From Eledone cirrhosa (taxonomy: Eukaryota), in the NCBI GenBank assembly GCA_964016885.1, contig OZ024743.1:186744001-186808000 (forward strand): a stretch of 64,000 bases of DNA, in the 5' to 3' direction. Of this stretch, positions 1 to 11,203 are shown in pieces (position 1 is the first letter of the stretch; the number at the start of each line of letters is the position of its first letter). The position numbers and the translations under genes are program-made. The notes beneath the pieces are model-generated. The model made no database searches. It was not told the origin of the DNA and saw only the letters and a list, made by a program, of their open reading frames with translations.

Positions 1-504
1 TGAGAAATTGTGGGAGAATTTCCAAGAGTTCTTTCTTCTTATTTTTTTCCTATGAGACAGCAATCACATGACATCCCCCAGGCTTGCAATCAGCTCATGA
101 TAGTGAGATTAGGGGGTGTGAGGTCCACACTCTCAGATGAGAGTAGATCTGGGCACTCACTCAGTAGCGTTAATCGAGAGAATGTGCAGATCAGAGATCA
201 GAGAGTTGGGCCAGATAGAGCCACTACTTCTCTGAATTGAGAGATCACAGTAGAATGTCTCAGGAAAGAATTCGTGGACAGAATTTACAGGCAAATCTAA
301 CCGACAGGAGACCCAAGGGTAAACTCCAAGCAAGATGGCTGGATAATATCAATGAGATCGGTTGGTCTTGCTTGGGGATCCAGTTGGATCATTTAGAGAT
401 GGTTGCTTCTGACAGGAACTGCTGGAAGGAGTTTTGATGACTCTACCCCTACGACCCTCTCAAGAAGAAGAAGAAGAAGAAGAAGAAGAAGAAGAAGAAG
501 AAGA
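1..504 (+). mobile_element. RTE-clade LINE 3' fragment ending in a (GAA)n tail
   Basis: ORF 237-437 reads ..RRPKGKLQARWLDNI..LEMVASDRNCWK, typical of the RTE ORF C-terminus (GRPR..RW.D). (GAA)n at ~461-503. Related copies at ~23110-23700 (-) and ~60960-61560 (+). Confidence 0.75.
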
Positions 505-1860
505 AAGTTTGGATAAAATTAAATATGGGAAAAGGAAGGCTAGTAAGATATTACCAAAGCAAAGGATTATGCTATTTAGCTCAATGTAAACAAGCTACCT
601 AAAATTACACACTGGGATACAAGATAAATGAATATGAAGTTTCTTAGAAATATGTTGAGCAATTCTATACTACACTTTTGGTGACATCATTCTAAACCCC
701 TTTCAATTAATTCAATCAACAAAATACTTTCTGCGTGCAATTATTTTTAATTCTGATTTACTGTGAGCCCTATTCATGGCTTCATAAAAAAAAACAACAA
801 AGAAACAAAAACAAAAAGCAAAAAAAAAAACCAACAACAAAATTGATAGCATTTCCTTCATAATGAATGAATTTCTTTCACCAAAGCTACAATTTAGTTT
901 GTTCATTTTAATCGAATTCCTGAAATTTTCACAATCACCCTTCAATGAAAAAGAGAGAAAAAAGATCAAGAAATTCTTGGAATGTTCTATTCCAAAATCA
1001 AATTTATTGCAAAAGAAATATTCATGTTTTCCCCTTGGCTGTTATTCCAAGACAAATGAGAGTAGTATGACAATTTTAATGATGATAACACTGTTTTTCA
1101 TCAGAATAATGATCATCAATCACCATTATATCATCAATACTTAAAATGTTGATTATTTCCATGAAGGAATAGATTAGAGTTAACTAAATGTCAATACTGA
1201 CAGAGATCTAATACATTATTTAATTTCTAATTGTTCATGGAATTCCAAGATGGCTTGGTTAACATGGAGAAGAAGGAGAAAGAGAAGGAGAAACAGAATT
1301 TATTGATAGATTTTATGCAGACACACACTGATTAAAAACATAAACTTACAGTCTCACTGACATACAGAGGTACAGATGTATAACACATGCAAGCATGGAA
1401 CACACACATATATATACACACCTATATAATATATATATTTACATGTATATATACATGTATATATATATGTGTGTGTGTGTATGCATGTGTGTATGTACGC
1501 AATAAGCACTAAGACAAATTTATTGGATTATACATATTTCAATGTCATGAGTGTTGACATTTTATGCAATTATTACAACAGCAACTGGCACTGTTGTGAC
1601 ATCATCAGATGTTAACACAATTATGTGAGTTAATATATATATATATTTATATATATACACACACACACACATATATGAATAGGTTGTCTTATATCTGATT
1701 GTTCTTGTGAATGTGAGATTGACAGTGACTTTTGAAGCCAGGAAGAAACTTATAGAGTTTTCTGCAGAGAATGCAAACCAAATCCATATTTTTGGTCTGA
1801 TCATAAAAATAAGCATAATCTGTGGGTGTGTTGTCTATGTGACACTTGAAGTGGCTTTAA

Positions 1861-2221
1861 CCCTGTAGCATTTAAACTCGCCATATTTGGCCAGAATTCT
1901 CCCACCCCTTTCCATTCAAATCAGCCATAACCGGCTGCTCACACTGATGTTAAGGTATTGTTCCCAAAATAAATAATATCAAAATCTCATAGATTCGATA
2001 TTATGTGAGATAATTATGTGAGGCAATGCCTTTACCATGAAAACATAATAGTTTCTACTTTAGGCATAAGGCCAGCAATTACCCAGTACATTACTGGTAC
2101 TTTATTTTATCGACCCCGTAAGGATGAAAGGCAAAGTTAACCTTGAAAACATAAAACATAAAAACACAAAGTTACCATGAAAACATAATAGTAACTATAG
2201 AGTAATGTAAATTCTAAAGGG
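1861..2221. mobile_element. piggyBac-type non-autonomous element (MITE) with a nested SINE fragment
   Basis: TTAA at 1857-1860 and 2222-2225 flank termini CCCTGTAGCATTTA / TAAATTCTAAAGGG. An uninterrupted copy lies in opposite orientation at 58768-58987. The SINE piece inside is flanked by a duplicated TTACCATGAAAACATAATAGT (2032-2052 / 2172-2192). Confidence 0.8.
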
Positions 2222-2429
2222 TTAAAAGCTTGCATTTGACAAGCATATTCACCTACTTTCTTTCTCGTGCAGGCAGTTTTTGGTCTTTGCTCAGTTTATT
2301 TACTTTGCATGGAATGTGCGATATCCTTCATATATCCTTGAAGTGCTTCGGACTGAGGAAATGATGTTTCCATTGGTCTTTTCAATTGCTAATACTATCT
2401 GTCAGTCACAAATCCTGGCAGATGGATAA

Positions 2430-2676
<247 letters not shown>

Positions 2677-2868
2677 ACGCTATTCCGGGTTGAATCGGAG
2701 GTAACCACAGTAAGTAAGGTACTCAATACATAGCAGAGTATAAAAGTTTTAATATAGATGAGATTCTACAGGACTAGAACTGTTTCATTCATTAGAAATC
2801 ATCAGGAATCAGATTCCTGATGATTTCTAATGAATGAAACAGTTCTAGTCCTGTAGAATCTCATCTAT
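2677..2868. mobile_element. Small non-coding HHR element with a perfect fold-back
   Basis: Palindrome centred at 2811, flanked by TA/TG arrays. A diverged relative lies at 5540-5835. Confidence 0.8.
2812..2860 (+). ncRNA. Type I hammerhead ribozyme (mirror copy on - strand at 2762-2810)
   Basis: gattc-CTGATGA-tttctaatgaat-GAAACAG-ttctagtc-CTGTA-gaatc. Stem I gattc/gaatc, stem II ttc/gaa, stem III ACAG/CTGT, GUA cleavage triplet. Confidence 0.85.
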
Positions 2869-2945
2869 ATATATATATATATATATATATGTATTATATA
2901 TATATATATTATATATATTATATATATATATATATATATAGATAT

Positions 2946-2978
<33 letters not shown>

Positions 2979-2980
2979 TA

Positions 2981-3014
2981 TGTGTATAGTGGTAGCTATG
3001 GTGCTTCTGTAGGC

Positions 3015-3090
<76 letters not shown>

Positions 3091-3490
3091 CAAGAAAACA
3101 AAAAATCAGTGACGCATCTGGACTTAGTTTATTTCGTGTTACAAATGTTTCGCCGGCATGTAGCTCGAGACATGGTCCTTGTATGGATCTGGTTGATTCT
3201 ACTTCTGCGGGTTCTTTCAGACACGCCTGTTATGTTCGGAGCAAATTTTATCACTCAAATTTTAACAGACGTGTCTGAAAGAACCCGCAGAAGTGGAATC
3301 ACCCAGATCCATACAAGGACCATGACTCGAGCTACATGCCGGTGAAACATTTGTAACACGAAATAAACTAAGTCCAGATGCATCACTGATTTTTCGTTTT
3401 CTTGATAATATATACACTCTACTCTGATGAATATTGAGTGCTAATTTTGGCATACCGCCTACAGAAGCACCATAGCTACCACTATACACA
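2981..3490. mobile_element. Non-coding HHR element with inverted duplication
   Basis: 2981-3019 is the reverse complement of 3452-3490, and ~3085-3230 of ~3265-3410. Flanked by (TA)n. Confidence 0.85.
3270..3360 (+). ncRNA. Type I hammerhead, CUGAAAGA core variant with long stem II (mirror copy - strand 3135-3225)
   Basis: cgtgt-CTGAAAGA-acc...ggt-GAAAC-attt-GTA-acacg. Stem I is perfect, and the extra core A is present in both copies. Confidence 0.75.
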
Positions 3491-3492
3491 TA

Positions 3493-3545
<53 letters not shown>

Positions 3546-3716
3546 CTATATATATATATATATATATAATATATATAATATATATATATATAATACATAT
3601 ATAATATATATAATATATATGTATATATATATAATATATAAATATATATATATATCATCATCATCATCATCATCGTTTAACGTCTGTGTTCCACGCTTGC
3701 ATGGGTTTGGACGGTG

Positions 3717-3789
<73 letters not shown>

Positions 3790-3811
3790 TAATATGTATA
3801 TATAATATATA

Positions 3812-3894
<83 letters not shown>

Positions 3895-3896
<2 letters not shown>

Positions 3897-4095
3897 AATA
3901 ATAATAAATTTGAAGACTAAAATCCAAAGAGAGCTCGATAAGGATAAATATATATCAAATATATAAGAACCGTAGAGCAAATATTAACGTAGAGCACCTT
4001 TAACGGGATCTTCTGAAACTAGTTTCAGAAGATCCCGTTAAGGGTGAAAGCAGCGATTCTTTGCTTAAACTTTAATCTGTTATTTTAATAAATAT
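3895..4095. mobile_element. Small HHR element with central palindrome (relatives at 21192-21365 and 44178-44260)
   Basis: Palindrome 3995-4046 centred at 4020/4021. Sequence shared with the two other loci; all are flanked by (TA)n. Confidence 0.8.
4021..4071 (+). ncRNA. Hammerhead-like motif with CAGAAGA (U4A) core
   Basis: agttt-CAGAAGA-tccc gttaa gggt-GAAAGCA...TGCT-T-aaact. All three stems can form. Same core at 44198-44248 (-). Confidence 0.65.
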
Positions 4096-4272
4096 ATATA
4101 TATGTATGTGGTTGTGTGTATATATACCATCATCATCATCACCATTTTTACATCTGTCTTTCCATGCTAGCATGGGTTGGACAGCATCTCTCTACTTGCT
4201 GCATACCTTTAACATCTTCGCCACATGTCTCAGCGATTTGAGGTCAGCTTTCACCTTATATATATATATATA

Positions 4273-4600
4273 TCATCATCATCACTTTACGTCCGCTTTT
4301 CCCTGCTTGCAATGGTGGGATGGGAACTGATTCTGGCTTGATTTCTACAGCTGGATGCCCTTCCTAACCTCATTTACAGTGAGTGCTGGGTGCTTTTTTG
4401 CCGTGGCACCTCCACGACCACTTTGAAGTGGAATGATAGGGACCCCAGTCCCTATCATCTCATTTCTACAGCTGAGTAAACTGGAGCAACGTGAAATAAA
4501 GTGTCTTGCTCAAGGAAACAACACATCACTCGGTCTGAGAATTGAACTCACAACCTTTCGATTGCAAGGCCAATTCTCTAACCAATAAGCCATGTGCCTC
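4273..4600 (-). mobile_element. tRNA-derived SINE, family B, full length, with RTE-like tail and (CAT)n end
   Basis: Reverse complement is near-identical to 32520-32860: box A/B-like head, CCTTGAGCAAGACACTT central block, GGAAGGGCATCCAGC tail shared with the RTE 3' UTR at 54912-55300. Confidence 0.85.
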
Positions 4601-4654
4601 TCTCTCTCTCTCTCTCTCCCTCTCTCTCTTTATCTATCTATCTACCTATATATA

Positions 4655-4695
<41 letters not shown>

Positions 4696-4905
4696 ATTGA
4701 ATTTTAAATGGAGGTATTCACTTAAGTCATATATATATTAAGATATAGATTAGCTCAATGTATTATAATTATCAGCAACCATGCTAGCCATAATAATCCA
4801 AAGTAGTGATATATGCTGTAAGGTCATGATAATTGAAGATAAAAGTATTATAGAGCATGATATAAGGTTTAATTCAAGCAACGATATTAATCAATTCAAA
4901 AGCAT

Positions 4906-5045
4906 TTATCTTTCAACACATGTTTCGATTAATGCAGATAAATATACAATTAGTCTATAATTAATGGTAAAAATAATTTTTTTATTGATGTAAAACACAA
5001 TGATAGTACATCAATTTATCTGCACCCTCTCATCAGGAAAAACAA
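4906..5045 (-). ncRNA. Type I hammerhead with very long stem II, inside a ~600 bp non-coding insert (4690-5290) between TA arrays
   Basis: Minus strand: ttgtttttc-CTGATGA-ga..tgcagataaat...atttatctgca..tc-GAAAC-atgt-GTT-gaaagataa. Minimal stem III; GUU triplet. Confidence 0.75.
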
Positions 5046-5286
5046 AATTATCAAAATTCTGGTGTCAATTCATATTGACAGAAATACCAAAGAATCCATG
5101 GAACAATTAGAAGTAAAAACATTAACTGAATGGACAAAGAATTTACTCATATTGGAGAAAGTTTTATCAACATATTACAAAGTATAAAGTATAAATTTAC
5201 CAGTTCAGTTTAGACATTTGTAATTCAAATTTGCCAAAAGAAAAGAGAGAGATAACTCATCCCTTTTTGTTTTAGCTTTAATATGT

Positions 5287-5331
<45 letters not shown>

Positions 5332-5334
<3 letters not shown>

Positions 5335-5511
5335 AACGAGTAGGACCCCGACGGCTGAGCTCAAGCCGTTTCGACGTCCAGAATTAGCCGTCGAAACGGC
5401 TTGAGCTCAGCTGTCGGGGTCCTACTTGTTCCTATTACCCACTCTACTACCCTAAGTATTGAGTACTTTGGTGCGTTATGGTCCACCTGTTCCTTACCAC
5501 ATTTCCTCCGT
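5332..5511. mobile_element. GC-rich fold-back element carrying the 3' half of a hammerhead in both arms
   Basis: Inverted repeat 5332-5433. GAAACGGCT...AGCTGTC-ggggt gives stem III plus GUC; the CUGANGA half is absent. Confidence 0.65.
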
Positions 5512-5539
5512 TATATATATATATATAGAGAGAGAGATC

Positions 5540-5835
5540 CAAAGTTAAATCGGGGGTAACCACAATAAATAAGGTATTCAATACATTAGTAGAGTGTGAA
5601 CATCATATTTAATATAGAAAGGGCTTCTACATGACTAGAACGATTTCATTTGTATGAAGGCATCAGGAATGCGCCTTTCGATCTTTTTGCTAAGCATGTA
5701 GGATTAATCAGCCGGGCTGTTGGTTTTCTGTGGAATTTTGGTTTGTGGTCCTTAAGATTTCATATGTGGTCATGATGATTTCATATGTATGAAACAGTTC
5801 TAGTCCAGTAGAAGCCCTTTCTATATTAAATATAA
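5540..5835. mobile_element. Diverged relative of the 2677-2868 element with two decayed inverted HHRs
   Basis: Shares GGTAACCACA..AAGGTA.TCAATACA and GAAACAGTTCTAGTCC.GTAGAA. Cores read ATGATGA (+) and CTGATGC (-). Confidence 0.75.
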
Positions 5836-5837
5836 TA

Positions 5838-5875
<38 letters not shown>

Positions 5876-5878
<3 letters not shown>

Positions 5879-6235
5879 TCATCATCTCCGTTATACGTCC
5901 GTTCTTCCATGCTAGCAGGGTTAGATGGGTTGTCCTGTTGTGGGCAGTGTCTGGTCGGCTGACCTTGTCTTGTTCATACAGGAACTGATTCTGGGTTGAT
6001 TTCTACAGCCCGATGCCCTTCGTAACACCAACCTAATTTACAGTGAGTCCTGGGTGCTTTTTTTCCGTGGCACCTACACGTCCACTTTACAGTGTGGGCT
6101 GAGTGCTTTTTTGCCGTGGCACCTCCACGATCACTTTGCAGTGGAATGATAGGGACCCCAGTCCTATCATCTCATTTCTACAGCTGAGTAAACTGGAGCA
6201 ATGTGAAATAAAGTGTCTTGCTCAAGGAAACAACA
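5876..6235 (-). mobile_element. SINE family B, 5'-truncated, with RTE-like tail
   Basis: Matches 4273-4520. Confidence 0.8.
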
Positions 6236-6290
6236 AATGAGGATAAAAAATAAAAAAAAAAACTGTCCGGGTGATGACAGTTTTTTTGCG

Positions 6291-6372
<82 letters not shown>

Positions 6373-6385
6373 ATATATATATATA

Positions 6386-6588
6386 TAGTTATGTAATAAA
6401 CAACATAAGGCAATTATTCCATTTACCAGTGGTTTCTTAAAAGACATACACCATGGACCTTTATGAATTATCTTTTAAGAAACCACTGGTAAATGGAATA
6501 ATTGCCTTATGTTGTTTATTACATAACTATTAAGCTCTGTTACCTACATAGAGCACTCTTTTTCCCTGGACTTTTCCGACGGAATTAC

Positions 6589-6590
<2 letters not shown>
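6386..6590. mobile_element. Fold-back element with hammerhead 3' half
   Basis: Inverted repeat 6386-6530. GAAACCACTGGTA-aatgg occurs in both arms; the core 5' half is not intact. Confidence 0.6.
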
Positions 6591-6663
<73 letters not shown>

Positions 6664-6728
6664 TGTTATACTTTGGGAGTGTCATGTTGCCAATAAGATA
6701 AAGAATCTTGCTAAACAAATTCAGAAAC

Positions 6729-6796
<68 letters not shown>

Positions 6797-7177
6797 AGAT
6801 AAATCTACCAAAATATACGGTAGTGTCCAATCCGTATGAAGAACTCACTGTAATCCAAATATCATGAAAAGAGAAGGTGCATTCAAACATTTTTCGATGC
6901 AAATCACAGGAAACCAGAGTCAAAATAAATTAATAAAAACAATGAATAAAAACAAAGAACAAGTTCCTTATATTAAAAAAATTCATTATTTTACTATCGT
7001 TTCTAAGATATATATGTGTGTTGGTATGTATATCATATAGATCTATGTAAACATTTTACAAACTATCAGAGGAAATATACATAACTTCACATATATATGC
7101 TGTCTTCAGAAATAATGATATTTGTTTTTTGAAAAAAACCAACAAAGATTTAATATAATAGGGAACAGGTTTTCCGG

Positions 7178-9297
7178 AAAAATTATAAAAAAACAAATAA
7201 TGCGGCACTTACCAATATCAACAACAAAACACACAACATAGTAAATAAACTCAATATTGAAGATAGAACTGAACCTTTGGCACTGAAAAAACCACACTTT
7301 AACCTGAAAGATCACAAATCTAACTTTAACTCTTCTATAAGACTTATATGCCCTTCCAAATCTGACATTGGCATCATTAGTAAACAAATTTTAGACAGAA
7401 TCATCCCACAATTAAGAAAACACGTTAATTTACCACTCTGGGAAAACACATCCCAGGTAATTAACTGGTTTACTAATATTAGAAATAAATCATCTGCTTC
7501 ATTTCTACAATTTGATATATATGCTTATTATCTCTCTATATCACCCATACTCCTGAACAAAGCCTTGATATTTGCCAAAAATAGATCAAACTTAACTATG
7601 GATGACATTAATATTATCACGCACGCTAGACAAACACTACTGGAATTTCAGAAGGAATACTGGACCAGAAATACATATAGTAAACTATTCGACATTACTA
7701 TGGGCTCTAGTGATTCTGCCCTAATTACCGATCTTGTGGGCCTCTTTCTTCTATTTAACATAAATGCTTCTTTTCACCACCTTAAAGGTGGTTTATATCG
7801 TGATGACTGTCTTCTTCTTTCCACTAATCTTAGCCTATCAGAAATTGAAAAAAAAAAAAAAATTATTAGAACTTTCCTCAAAGACTATTATAGTCTCACT
7901 ATTACATTTGAAAACACCAGTAAAGTAGTTAATTTCCTAGATATAACTTTAGACTTATCTACGGGTATCTACCAACCTTACCATAAACCTAACCAAAACT
8001 TACATTACATACACTCACAATCCAATCACCCTAGATCTATCCTTAAAAACCTAGCATATAATATCTCACTCAGAAATTATAACCTTTCATCTAACCAGGA
8101 TGTATTCGATAAAAATGCGCCCTTTTATAACGAAGCTTTAGCTAGAAGCGGCCATAAAAACAAATTAGTCTATATACCTTGCACCAATAATACTTCAAAC
8201 ATACAACCCAATATTACCAACAAACACCAAATGGAAAACACAGACCTAAATGCCACTCACACTACACCCCAAAATACCAACTAAAAACTTAATTTCTCTA
8301 CCTCTTCTCACATAAAATATAATAACTTTCAAAAAACCATTCATCCTAATACTCCAATATACGTTGATAACATTACTAACAAAATTCCTAATAATCAGAC
8401 TAAAACACCTAAATCAGTTAATCTAACTAAACCTATATATAATAAATTCACTAATACTAACTCTCTTAGTAAACATAAATATAAAAAACGTATAAATATA
8501 AAAAACAACATCGAAACCGTAATAAACGAGTTACTTGGTATAATGCTCCATTTAATCTACAATTTAAAGATAATATCCCTAAAACATTTTTTACTATCCT
8601 AGAGAAAAACCTCCGGCCAAACCATAAATACTATCAAATTTTAAATAGATCAACTGTCAAATTTTCCTACTCCCCTACCAAAATTATACAACAAAATATA
8701 AGTGCGTACAATGCATATAAATGTAAAAAACCACGAATATACCACCAACACATCAAACCAACCATAATACTAAAATAAACCACAACAACCACCATCCCCT
8801 TCACATATAACAAGTCAAGTAAATTCCACACCAAATTTGACTAACTCCCCTGATATAATATTCACGAATGGTTGTAACTGTAGAAACAAAAGTAATTTCC
8901 CATTAAAAGGAAATTGTCTTATTAATAACATAGTATATAAATGTAAAATTAGCACTAAGGACTCAACTTATTCATTTATAGGAGCTACTTCTAACTAATT
9001 TAAAGTAGATTTAATACCCACACACACAGTTTTAAAAATGCCGCATTAGCTAATACAACATCCTTGGCTGAAACAATTAATAATTATAGAAACACGAATA
9101 TCGATTACAACCTGACCTGGAGTGTACTCAAAAGGGCCACCCCTTATCAAAATAACAGATATGAGTGTAGATTATGTTCCCAGGAACTTTTTGAAATAAT
9201 GAAATCTAAGGATATCCTATTAAATAAGCGACAAGAATTAATTATATCTTGCAATCATAGAATTAGAAGAACTTTCAAATATTATAAACCTAATTAA
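7178..9297 (+). pseudogene. PLE reverse transcriptase + GIY-YIG endonuclease, disrupted
   Basis: Open frame 7178-8284 covers the RT core. Stops and frameshifts occur in the Asn/Thr-rich linker and EN region; the last piece is ORF 9064-9297. Confidence 0.88.
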
Positions 9298-9429
9298 TAT
9301 ACACCTACACTTATATTTTACATATTATTATAATTAGTTTTTTTAATTTAGTTAACCTATAATTAGTACTTTACTACAGAGAACTTCATAATTTTATTTC
9401 CCTTTTACAGCTCTTTTCCTAAAATTAAT

Positions 9430-9772
9430 ACCTATAAGTGTACATATAAACTATTTTAATTTCCTATTATCAATCTAGATTCCTTGTAGTCTATATAAGA
9501 TTTGTATTTCTCACTAATACATTTATCCCAAAATTTTATTTTCCTTCGGTTTTAACAACATTCTTTAATAACATCTAACTCTTATTTATCACATCCATGT
9601 GAATTAATATAAATTTATCCCTATAAGTATACCTATCAATCAATTTAATTTCTTGTTATAGATGTAAATTCCTTGTGTTTTAAATAAGATTGGTATTTCT
9701 CACTAACACCTTTACCCTAAAATTTTATTCTCCTTCGATTTTAACATTAGCATTATTCTTTAATAACATCAA
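9430..9772 (+). repeat. Imperfect ~190 bp tandem duplication in the PLE 3' UTR
   Basis: CCTATAAGT...ATTCCTTGT...GTATTTCTCACTAA...AAAATTTTATT...TTCTTTAATAACATC occurs twice. Confidence 0.75.
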
Positions 9773-10010
9773 AGTTTCGTGTACCTTTGACCGGCTTGAC
9801 CTCTTTTCATCCCGAAAGTATTATTTTCATTCAAAGTATTCTTTCCATTCAAAACTTAAGTCTGAATTCCTCTACCCCTAAATTAAATTTCTACTACTAC
9901 TATTCTATCAACTTGACCACTTACTACTTTTCTATTGGTCAATTCAAAACCTGTTCCCAAACAGACCTATTATATTAAATCTTTGTTGGTTTTTTTTCAA
10001 TAAACAAATA

Positions 10011-10140
10011 TCATTATTTCTGAAGACAGCATGTGTAGGTATGTATATTTCCTGTGATAGTTTGTAAAATTTTTACATAGATCTATATGATATACATACC
10101 AACACACATATATATCCTAGAAACGATCGTAAGTTGATGA
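10011..10140 (+). ncRNA. Type I hammerhead with ~90 nt stem II in the Naiad-type pLTR (second copy - strand 6983-7118)
   Basis: tcattattt-CTGAAGA-...ggtatgtatat/atatacatacc...-GAAAC-gatc-GTA. The left copy has a perfect 9 bp stem I (tcattattt/aaataatga). Confidence 0.75.
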
Positions 10141-10191
10141 ATTTTTTAATATAAAGAACTTGTTCTTTGTTTTTATTCATTGTTTTTATTA

Positions 10192-10251
<60 letters not shown>

Positions 10252-11024
10252 GTTTGAATATGTATAATAAAGCCAAAACAATGCAGGTATGGACATAGAA
10301 AAAAGAATGCAATTGCAAAAGATATTGTTGACAATTCGTCTTTTACCTTAGATTTATTTAAATGTCCTTAATTTTCGAGATAATATCTCTTCTTCAGAGG
10401 GAAATAAAGGTCTCAAACCAGCGTTCTAAATAGCTTGCCAAGCCATGCTGACAGGAAATAGTATAGAGTATCTGTTCTATCTCTAATGTCAAAGAGTTAA
10501 AATTAGGTGGATAAAGAGTAGTCTCCCTTTAAAAGGGGTTTGTTTAGGTTTTTTTTTTATATACATGCCTGTTTAAGTGTGTGGGAGAATGCATGAAGGT
10601 GTAAGTATGTGAGTGTATGTGTGTGAGTGTCAGAAGATAAGTCTATTCGTAAGTGTGGGGGATAGGTGTTATCTGGTGTTAGAACTGGTTTTGTGTGTGT
10701 ATGTGTGAGAGAGAATAAGTGGAGGTGTAAGCGTGTGTGTGTGTGGGGTGTGTAAATATGGGGCTAGAAGCCCTATCAGGTTATAAACTGGGTGTTGAGT
10801 TCTAGTCTATTATTGATTGGTGGTTGTGTTTTATCTATAATTAGTGCTTCCTTAATTCTAAGATTGCATGTATATATGAAAAAAACCCCTAAACAAACCC
10901 CTTTTAAAGGGAGACTACTCTTTATCCACCTAATTTTAACTCTTTGACATTAGAGATAGAACAGATACTCTATACTATTTCCTGTCAGCATGGCTTGGCA
11001 AGATATTTAAAACGCTGGTTTGAG

Positions 11025-11091
11025 ACCTTTATTTCCCTCTGAAGAAGAGATATTATCTCGAAAATTAAGGACATTTAAATAAATCTAAGGT
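11025..11091 (+). ncRNA. Minimal (probably dimer-dependent) type I hammerhead in pLTR; copies at 14140-14206 (+) and 10345-10411 (-)
   Basis: cct-CTGAAGA-a-gagat att atctc-GAA-AATT-A-agg. Palindromic AATT stem III; bulged stem I (acctttatttccct vs agg..aaataaa..aggt). Confidence 0.65.
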
Positions 11092-11203
11092 AAAAGACGA
11101 ATTGTCAACAATATCTTTTGCAATTGCATTCTTTTTTCTATGTCCATACCTGCATTGTTTTGGCTTTATTATACATATTCAAACGTTTATACCTCATTAC
11201 ACA

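Larger units (their letters stand above)
6800..10197 (+). mobile_element. Penelope-like element, Naiad-type, 5'-truncated with inverted pseudo-LTR
   Basis: RT motifs LKDHK, QFDI, FDITMGS, GLYRDD, VNFLDITL, SNHP. C-terminal GIY-YIG-type region with CNC..PLKGNC, IVY..FIG, CRLC, LNKRQEL..CNH. ~6925-7173 is the reverse complement of ~9946-10197. TA arrays on both sides. Confidence 0.9.

Noticed and set aside
3423-3445. CTGATGA as a further hammerhead core
   Set aside because: No stem II-GAAA or stem III follows; it lies in the loop of the ACTC/GAGT stem.
8860-9297. Selenoprotein (UGA=Sec) Naiad
   Set aside because: The conserved Cys positions I can read are TGT/TGC (one TTC), and the interrupting stops are TAA. 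No in-frame TGA at those sites.
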